64,000 nt of DNA from Schizochytrium sp. TIO01. Taxonomy: Eukaryota; Protista; Bigyra: Labyrinthulomycetes. Location: positions 2,146,436 to 2,210,435 of the forward strand of contig SMSO01000031.1 in the NCBI GenBank assembly GCA_004764695.1, read 5' to 3'. The notes under the pieces are model-generated. The model ran no database searches and was not told where the DNA came from. It saw only the letters and a list, made by a program, of their open reading frames with translations. Numbering within the stretch: the first letter of the stretch is position 1; each line of letters starts with the position of its first letter. Of this stretch, positions 11,580-20,055 are shown piece by piece. The position numbers and the translations under genes are program-made.

Positions 11580-12996
11580 TTACTTGTAGACGATTCGGAG
11601 TTTGAGTTTTGCTTGCTCTCGAAAGTTTGAAACTCTTTATTTCTATGCATTCAACCTTAAATTTCATGTATCTTCTTTTAAGCTAAAAAAAAATCCTTTT
11701 ATTTTATTGAAACTTTTTTTTATCTCTGCTTATCGTGGGCACAAACAACTGCCAGAGTCTTCAAGACCACTCAAGTCAGGACTCATTGGCTTAACCTAAC
11801 TTACTCACGCAAGCTTTAATCTCTCTACAAATTGCGTCGACGCACCTCTCCTTTCAACTTCAGGGCTATTGCCTCTTGTGTCATCCCTAACATTTTTTAT
11901 TTTTATTTTTTTTAATATTATTAATGGCCTAATGATTGGAAGAAAAGAGTCCTCAAGGAACAGTTGAGTGACTGAAAGCAGCCCGAGAACATCCAAAGTG
12001 ATTATTTCTAACAGCCGTTCTAGTCTTCGATGATCGAAGAAGATCTTCAAAAGAAGCAGTTTGGGGATACCAAAGTCCTATAATTTTTGTATCTTATTAC
12101 TGGAACTGAGAGTGGGCAAATTCCCGATCTTGTGTGGACAGAATTGATTTATTGGCCTGAACAAGTTTATTGGCGTCTCGGTAGTCGATAAGTAAAAACC
12201 TTCGGGTGAACTGTGCATGTTGAGAAGGTAGCTGCAAAAAGTATATACTAGAGCATGGTTTTCACATGCACCTATATCTAAAGTTTCTGTATGGCAATGA
12301 TTATATTGTAATATCTGTAAGCCTTTCAAATCGAAAATTCAGGATTATAGGTCAGCTATTGATACTTCTTTTGTATCGGCCACGCGTACAAGGGCTGTAC
12401 ACTGAAAATATAATAAGGAGGGGAGGTAAGATAAACATTATTCTCGATTTGATATAGATAGAAGGTCAATGTGTATAGATTGAATATTTTTATCAAATCT
12501 TGCTTAGCTTTAAAGTGGTTTCATAGCGTATTCATTGCGAACGAAAATGAGGAAAAGCTTTTTAATGCACTAAATGCTCCTCCGATGTACCTTTGCATTC
12601 TTATAAATGTGAACTTTGGACTAGCATTAAATCCAACACTCATGATGGCTTTTTTGTATGATATCGTGTATTCTGAACTCTTAATCATGAGTTATCAGCA
12701 GGCCGATTTCACATGGGACTTATATACAGTTTCTGCAAGGGCCTAGCAGGTTTGCACATACTTTGATTATCTCTAATGCCTTTTTATCCGACGACTCACA
12801 CGTGTGATTTTGTAGCTTTATAAATGGCTTGTACCATGCAAAGTAGAGTAGAATTTGAAAATTGCATACGGGACAATTAGCAGGTCAAAACTATCTGCAA
12901 AGTGACATCAGACAGAATCAACAGTCTGAACAATAACGAACACATGTTCCAAGGTTGAAGCTACGGTATAAGGGAATGTTGGCCGTTAAGTTGGTA

Positions 12997-13414
12997 CTGA
13001 GGTCTCCAATCGAAGGAACTAGTTGAGAAGCTATTGATAGTGTTCTAGGCACCCTCTTGAAAGAACCCATGAAGATAGGGTTTACAATAGAGTAGAACTA
13101 GACAACCAGACCTACCTGGTTTAGAAGCCAAGAGCCCAAATAGTGAATACACTTTTCCTACAATCAATGGGGGAATCTGAATTGATGGTTAAAGAGGCAA
13201 GTTAACCTAACCCCCATCAATTGTGCCATACACAGTTCAAGTGTGCCTCAGTGTCCTAATTACAACATAAAGCAGTCTGATTCCAAGGACAGCAGATTTC
13301 TAGCTCAAAATCCACATATTTTAATGCCTTCTAAAGTCCTCTTAGAGCCTCTATCTAGCATCTTGCATTCATCTTCGTAGTCAACCTCTAGCTGACCAGA
13401 TTCATCTTTCAGCA
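12997..13414. repeat. ~420-bp dispersed repeat, copy A (direct orientation)
   Basis: Aligns by eye along its length with 18080-18495 (ctgag(g/a)tctccaatcgaaggaactagt ... gaagccaaga ... gtgaatacac ... taacctaacccc ... cctaattac ... aggacagcag ... agtcaacctc ... ctttcagca). Confidence 0.9.
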
Positions 13415-14016
13415 CTTAAGTTTTGCAAGTAACGTAGCGGGCAAAACCAAAACAAAAATCGAGGAATTCACATGAATACAAAAATTAAAACTTTGTTCAG
13501 ATATTACTGAGAAAGGATACAAATGCATCATTACAACATGACTTTGCAAGGCTTAAAGGAACACCTATTTGACACCATGGCATGATGGCTGATGTGTAAC
13601 ACCGCATTAGAGCCACCTCATACTAAGAAAGAAAGGGAACAAATCAAGCATCAAGAGGACATTGCAAAGCAAACCAGACAGCAGACTCGAAATACCCCAA
13701 TCGATTAGAGACATTTTAATCAACTCAAGCACATTCAACAAGACAACCGACAACCCTAGTCTCAGCACTAACTATATACTATCATCTTAGTCACCTCCTC
13801 AATTACGAGTAAGTAATCATAACCACGTCTCATTAGATATTATGCAAGAAGTAAAGCTGTATCTTGAACATTTTTGTCAACACAATTGTCTATATAATGT
13901 CTAAATGGTGTGAAATAACAAGAAAAATGAGAGGCGTTTCCTGAGCGTAAGTATGAAACAAATATAGCAACTATTTTGTATTCACTTTCTTTTCTTCTTT
14001 AAGTCCTCCAGGCAAG

Positions 14017-15051
14017 TTAAAACTCTTTAAATTTTGATGTTAACTGCCCGTGCTTCATCTCTAGCTCACTTCTCATTCTTCTCCACGCTTCCGGGTTGTG
14101 AGGTTTCGTTTGGATGAAGATTTGGCCGAGATCAACCTTGACAAATTCATTTTCTGTGAAGTATAGAATAGCATAAATGTGGAACGGTTCAGATTTGTCC
14201 AAATGCAGCTGCGTTTTGACTTTGCCGGTGCCTGTGTCTTCTCCATTTCGGCGTGTGTTGATAGGAAACGATAACTTAAGGTTAGCTGTGGAGATGTGTT
14301 GTGTGATCCTTGCGCCTTTAAGATCCATTAGGAAAAAGGATTGGTCACTGTTTGGCCTTTCGAATTTGGGCCAACCAGTCGTTCTGTCCCATTCTCCATT
14401 TGTGATGTACATATTGGAAACAATCTCCTTGTAATCAGTCAGACCCTCTTTCCTTCTTTTGCGATCTTTGGGATAATATTTTCCCTGGACAACCAAATCC
14501 AACTTAATAATAGCTTCGAAGACATTCGTTATCACAAAGTTTAGCATGGCAAACTTGTTACTGACGTCACGTGAGTAGTCGAGGGGACCATCAAAAGCTG
14601 GAAATATGCATTTAGGTTCATCGCGCAAACAGGAAAGGAAACATAAAAGGATTTTCATGTCTGAATCAGAAAATGGCGGAGGTTTGCTATTGCTGTCGAG
14701 CGGTTCATAGTATTCTCCATTGCTACCGTGTTCTTCACTAGTACGAGGCGCATTGCCAGTACTGATTGTTTGTGGTATAATAGTTTCTTCGCCTTTTGTA
14801 TTAGGTTTAAGTGAGCTAGTTGCTAAACCTTCGACATCTGCCTTCTCTATTTTACGGCGCTTGTGAACACAAGAATACCCTTCTGCACAAGGGGTTTGCG
14901 TGCTGCGCTCGTGCGATCCACTTGTATGAGGAAACATAGACTTTAGTTGTTGCTGTTGCCTTTCCCTGTCAAATGGTACAGGCACGAATGAGTTCAGGTT
15001 TTGCTCAAGGCCAAGTTGCTTTGGTACCTCTTCATATAGTAGATATGACAA
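14017..15051 (-). CDS. Hypothetical protein, orphan family A (true start uncertain; 5' end lies in the tandem repeats)
   Basis: 344-aa ORF annotated from a TTG start. It has KRRK and RKRRK basic clusters and a beta-rich C-terminal half ending PFHIYAILYF...IFIQTK. Motif similarity to 9089-10408 and to fragments at 27.9-28.8 kb. Confidence 0.6.
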   Translation of the reverse strand: MSYLLYEEVPKQLGLEQNLNSFVPVPFDRERQQQQLKSMFPHTSGSHERSTQTPCAEGYSCVHKRRKIEKADVEGLATSSLKPNTKGEETIIPQTISTGNAPRTSEEHGSNGEYYEPLDSNSKPPPFSDSDMKILLCFLSCLRDEPKCIFPAFDGPLDYSRDVSNKFAMLNFVITNVFEAIIKLDLVVQGKYYPKDRKRRKEGLTDYKEIVSNMYITNGEWDRTTGWPKFERPNSDQSFFLMDLKGARITQHISTANLKLSFPINTRRNGEDTGTGKVKTQLHLDKSEPFHIYAILYFTENEFVKVDLGQIFIQTKPHNPEAWRRMRSELEMKHGQLTSKFKEF

Positions 15052-15467
15052 TGCACAGCAAGAAATAGCATAGGATAGCAGTAAAGACTTGCCTTTGATC
15101 TACCTGTGTCTCTTCTGAGATCCATGTCTGGACCGAAGGGGACATAGCATTGCCATCTCCACTGACATGGCTTAAGAGCCTGCTATGGTGCCTCTTTATA
15201 TAGTAGATGGCTATGCATAGCAGTAAGGACTTGCCTTTGATCTACTTGTAACTCTTCTGAGGTCCAAGTCTGGAGCCAAGGACATAGCATTGCCGTCTCC
15301 ACTGACATGACTTAAGAACCTGCTTTGGTGCCTCTTCATATAGTAGTATGGTTCTGCGGAGCAAGAAATAGCAAACCCATAAAACTCATGATTAATAAGG
15401 ACGTGCTTTCGTCTCTTCTGAGGTCCGAGTCTGGAGGGAAGGACACAGCATTCCCACCTCCACTGAC
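15017..15467. repeat. Three diverged tandem units (about 164, 140 and 147 bp)
   Basis: Units start at 15017, 15181 and 15321 (tgct(t/a)tggt(a/g)cctctt(c/t)atatagtag). Each contains ctcttctgag(a/g)tcc..gtctgga..ggaca(t/c)agcatt..ctccactgac. Confidence 0.9.
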
Positions 15468-15751
15468 GGGGGAGGGGGGCACATCATTGATGTCTCCGAG
15501 GCCATTGTTACTTTGGGTTTAATACAACATTTCTGGTGGACACGTGGGGAAAAGTCCGCAATCCTTCAATGGTGAGGCTTGACACATGTTTGTGCGCCTT
15601 GCTCGCGCCTCGTGGAGACGCAAGCAAGCTTGCTACCTGTTTCCTTTTACGGATCTATATGCTGCTGAGATAGAGCTTCTGTATGATATCCTACTTGCAT
15701 AGAAGCCTTATGTATATAAAGAACATGGAGTTTAGTGGAAATCGTTCAATC

Positions 15752-17350
15752 TCAAGGAGTTCTTCTTCGTATCCTGCGATGCTTCACTGGTACTCTCTCC
15801 GGGGCAATTGAGAAAATGCATAGATCAAATTGACGGTTCGCTGGCGTAACCAATGAGTCAAGGCCTATCTGGTGTTGTCCTGTTGGCTTCCTTTTCTTTG
15901 AGGAGGAAGGGCTATGGTATAGATGAAACAAAGTAGATGCACCCAGTTCCATGAAAATGGTAAATAGTTACTGTCAACATTGGCTCTAAAACACTGATTG
16001 GAGATAATCCATCTGTACAAAAAGAGTGTTGCCTTTTACATCTGACGTTTATTGAGCCCATGTATTCACAGTATCATCAGAAAGAACCAAGTAACTCTTT
16101 TAAATCATTATGACTAATGACTGGGTAATTCTTACCGTGTGGAGGTTTGTCTGAAAATAAGCCAGCATACGTTCCACCGAACAAATTGATGATTCTGGAA
16201 TTGAACGCAAAGTTAAGGTTAAATCGAATTTCCTTTTTATGAGGGGAATTCGCCTCTCACTATGAACACCAACATGATCTCCAGTAGATCCCGAATCATC
16301 ATATTTGTTGATAGTGATCCTATTTGAGTGACGAGGCTAAGAAATTGAGATTGTAATGCCAGCGTTGCGCCCCAAGAGACCTGATCCAGAGATTTGTTTG
16401 TCATGAAACTGTAACTTCCCGTATTTTGAAAAGATGTATTTGCATGGAGCGTAAAACAATTAAATGATCCACGCATGGGTTTTAAACAAGTACGCTACTA
16501 CAATGTAATGTAGATATATCGAATAAAAACAGCAAATGTGAATATACCATACGCCTCGGTAATGTTGTAAAGAGGTTCGTCTAGTTTCACATGTCTACTG
16601 AATGCTGCCACCTTTTTCGAATCGATTGAGTAAAATGGCGGGGTTCGAGCTGTTATTCTGTTAGATTCAGATTGACCTATCTGAATTTACATCCTCTTCC
16701 ACGATTACAGTTAAAAGCTTACACAATCTTTGGCTTTCCAAGTTGTTTAGGTTACTCTTTAGATTGTGTCAGCGGTGTAGAATTTTTGTTCATTGTGTCT
16801 TAACTAGTCATTCGCTAGCACCCTGGCGATGTACCGTGGCGTTTTCGTCAACTAAACGACGGAGTGAATATTTATTCTCTTTTGAGAACTAATCTAGCGA
16901 CATGGGGGGAGTTTTCTGAAAAAGTAAAGCTTGTTAAAGGGAATGATTTCATACTGTACATCTGCACTATCGCATACGCTTTGGAAGGATCCAAGTTCTT
17001 GACCATATCGCTAAAATATTGAAATTTTCGAAGCAACATGATGAATCATCGGATGGTCTCTCAAGTTTATGTAACGTAGATGAAATTGGTGACAAGCAAT
17101 TCCTCCTTAGTTTCTGCATTGTTCAAACATTTCACGCCTGGCATAGTATAACTCCCCATTGTGCTGAATCGAAGGACGACTCCAAAGAGAATGTCAGCCT
17201 ATCAGACTCGTTCCCAGTTAACATTTTTTTCATTGTAAACTTAATTTTAAGAGTCTTTTGTAAAACCAGAATTCATCATGAGGGCATTAGGACAACCCTC
17301 GCAGTTTCTACCTTGCTCTTGTTCTTAAAGTCTGCAAGTGTTCAAGGCTA
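15752..17350 (-). pseudogene. Decayed or fragmented paralog of orphan family B
   Basis: Collinear minus-strand fragments match the B1 locus: ILVLQKTLKIK...GN vs IILKKIKIK...GN (ORF 11805-12050); ERPSDDSSCC vs TRPSIDDLCC; LLEIMLVFIVRGE vs LLCFRLCFIVRAE; AYFQTNLHT vs VYFNQEVHT. They are separated by stops and frameshifts. Confidence 0.55.
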
Positions 17351-17436
17351 GTTTGTTAGGCCTTTAAATCAAATGGAGATTCTGGAGCCACTTATGGATA
17401 CCATTAAGAAAAATAATAAATTAGGTGCTCACAAAC

Positions 17437-17635
17437 CTGAGATCTCCATTAAAAGGAACAGTGGAAAAGACACTGCTAGAGTTCATGGCGTCCCTTTGAC
17501 AAACTTCATAGACATAGGGCATACAATAGAGCAGAACTAGACAATCGGACTTGCGGGGTTGCTGAAGCCAAGAACCAAAAGCGTGATTACCCACATTACC
17601 TAGATGTAACTTGAATTGATGGGGAAGAGGCTGAA
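17437..17635. repeat. ~420-bp repeat, copy B (first half only, direct orientation)
   Basis: ctgagatctccattaaaaggaacagtggaaaagacactgctagagttc...gctgaagccaagaac...ttgaattgatgg aligns to the first ~200 bp of copies A and D. Confidence 0.85.
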
Positions 17636-17644
17636 ACCACCTTG

Positions 17645-18053
17645 GTGAAAGATGGTTCTGGTCAGCTTGAGGTTGACTGTAAAGATGAAAGCAAGGGTCC
17701 GGATGAAGGCTTTCAGAAGGTTTATTTTAAGAGTTAGCGAACTGCTGTCCTGGAAAATGAATTCCAGAGCAGGTGGATTCATGTAGTAATTAAGGAGGTT
17801 GATACATTCTTGAAAGGTGCTAGAGATAATCGACGGGGTTAGGCTAATTCAACCTCTTCAGCCATCGATTCAAGTTACATCATACTTGGATGTAGGTAAT
17901 GTATAGTCACACTTTTAATTCTTGGCAGCAACATGAATCTGGCTGCCTACTCTTGCTCTAATATAAGCCCTATGTCTGTGAGGGCTGCACAAAGGGATGC
18001 CACGATCTCTAGCAATGTCTTGTCCACTAGTACCTCTGTTGGAGATCTCAGCA
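17645..18053. repeat. ~420-bp repeat, copy C (inverted)
   Basis: Reverse complement of 18080-18495. Examples: ctctagcaatgtcttgtccactagt vs actagtggacaagacattgctagag; gaggttgactgtaaagatgaa vs ttcatctttacagtcaacctc; ggattcatgtagtaatta vs taattactacatgaatcc. Confidence 0.92.
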
Positions 18054-18079
18054 TACAGTATTGCATTTTCTTGCTCCAC

Positions 18080-18495
18080 TGCTGAGATCTCCAATCGAAG
18101 GAACTAGTGGACAAGACATTGCTAGAGTTCTTGGTGTCCCTTTGTAAAACCCATTAGAAATAAGGTTTACATTAGAACAAGAATAGGCAGCCAGGCTTAT
18201 GTGGCTGCTGAAGCCAAGAACTAGAAGTGTGAATACACATCACCGACACCCAAGCTTGGTTTAGCTTGGATCGATGGTTGGAGAAGGTTGGATAACCTAA
18301 CCCCATCGATTATCTCTAACCACATTCAAGAATGTCTTAATCTCCCTAATTACTACATGAATCCATCTGTCCTGGAATTCATTCCTCAGGACAGCAGTTT
18401 GCTAACACTTAAATCAACCTTCTTATAACCTTCATCAAGCTTCTTGCCTTCATCTTTACAGTCAACCTCACGCTAATCATTATCACCTTTCAGCA
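18080..18495. repeat. ~420-bp repeat, copy D (direct), right arm of the long inverted repeat
   Basis: Begins tgctgagatctccaa, which is the perfect reverse complement of 18039-18053. A 26-nt spacer (18054-18079) separates the arms. Confidence 0.92.
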
Positions 18496-20055
18496 TCCAC
18501 TGATTGTTGATTGTAAGATTTTTAGACACTAAGATGGATACTGTGTCGAGCAATCAGATCATATGATTTCAGAATAAGGAATAATAAGGAGTAGTTTCTT
18601 TTGTACAGTAGTTTCGTAAGATTTCATCTTTTTAGTAGACCAAGCAGTCAAGAGTCTCAAATGAAGCGTGGTTAGTATTGCTTAGAGATGATTGAGAAAA
18701 TACCAGAGACTGTTGTGCTTAGTTAGTATTGAGGCTAGATCTGATATTTGTCATGGATACCGAGTGGTCTTGTTGAATAAATGTGAGTGCATTCGGGTTG
18801 ATTCAGATCTGCTGTCGGATTTGCTTTGCACACTTCTTTCGATGCTTGCTTTGTCCCATTCGTTCCCTAGTACGGGCACATTTCATGTGGTATCACACAC
18901 CAGTCATTGGTCGCAGAGGTGTTGGTCGCAGCGGTGTTCCTTTAAGTCTTGCAAAGACATGCCATAATGTTGCGCTGCTTTCCTTCGCAGGAGTCTCCAT
19001 TGTATAAAACAATCAAGCAAAGCTTTCACCTAGCCACTACTCACCCACTGGTTTCATTCCAGATAAGTATCACATCTTTAGGAACGAGATGACTTTCCCT
19101 CTAACTTCTCAAGGTTTGGTCACATCTGGATTCTACGAGAAGCAATTTGAAGCCACCGAACCGCCAATACATATTTTCTATGTTGAAAAATCATGATCTA
19201 CAACCCTCCTCAATAGCACTGACCAAACGTCTAAAAATGTTTGATTTGATATTTGGCATATGACTGAATCATGGGTGCTACGCTGTCGTCTATGAGCGTT
19301 TGTTATTGAAATGTCGGTTAGCTTTACCTGTGGTCATACGGTTGCTAATATAAGGCATTAGATCAGAAATCCATGCAGGTTTGAACACAAATTTGTTGAC
19401 ACAAGGTTCTCTTCACAAAGCGATTCGGAGCTTTCCTATTCTTAGTGTACTACGGGAACCTGCACGCCACCTTGAAAATACCTCTCATCCGGTATTCAAG
19501 CCTCCTTTCTTGCGCAAAGAACTGTTTCCCGCGACTTTGACAATACCTACTACTACTATTCTTACTCTTATTTCTAATCCTACTACTATTACTTTCAAAG
19601 AATAAAACAATCTACCTAACTGTATAGACTGGGATGTTCTCTCTCCCTAGTGCCCTCAGTGGTACCGACCAATCAACACGCTTAAAATATTAAATTATTT
19701 CCTCCTACACACTGACCAAAAATTCAAATTTTTTGTGAGATGAAGGTATCAGTGTGCTGAGAGGGAAACAAATTGAAGAAAAGTTACGAATTTGAATGTG
19801 AGCTTAACTACAGGTTTAATATAGGCAGTTATGGAGAGAACGGCGGATCGATCTGATTTGAATTGGCAACGTCCCCAACAGTCCAGAACCGATTTGCCGC
19901 CTTGATCAAAGCTCTACGCACGCGATTGAATTGTAGGTGCTTTGCGAAGAGTGTTGTGCAGAGGAACGTTTATTCTACGCGGTGCACCTTTCTCAGCTTT
20001 GACAATTTTTCAAGTCACTTAGCGTGAGAGTCAAAGATCAATTGAAAAAGGGACC

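Noticed and set aside
9089-15051. Orphan ORFs as transposase, Fanzor/TnpB or recombinase
   Set aside because: I could not see DDE, RuvC, HUH, tyrosine-recombinase or zinc-ribbon motifs; remote homology cannot be excluded without profile searches.
15017-15467. Possible CRISPR-like array
   Set aside because: Whole units are homologous with no unique spacers, the context is eukaryotic, and no cas genes are present.
16630-16660. ggggttcgagc, resembling a tRNA T-loop/B-box
   Set aside because: No cloverleaf or acceptor stem around it; no tRNA or rRNA gene was recognised in the window.
12997-18495. 420-bp repeats as LTRs of a retrotransposon
   Set aside because: No gag, RT or integrase motifs between copies, no primer-binding site or target-site duplication seen, and the copies are in mixed orientation.
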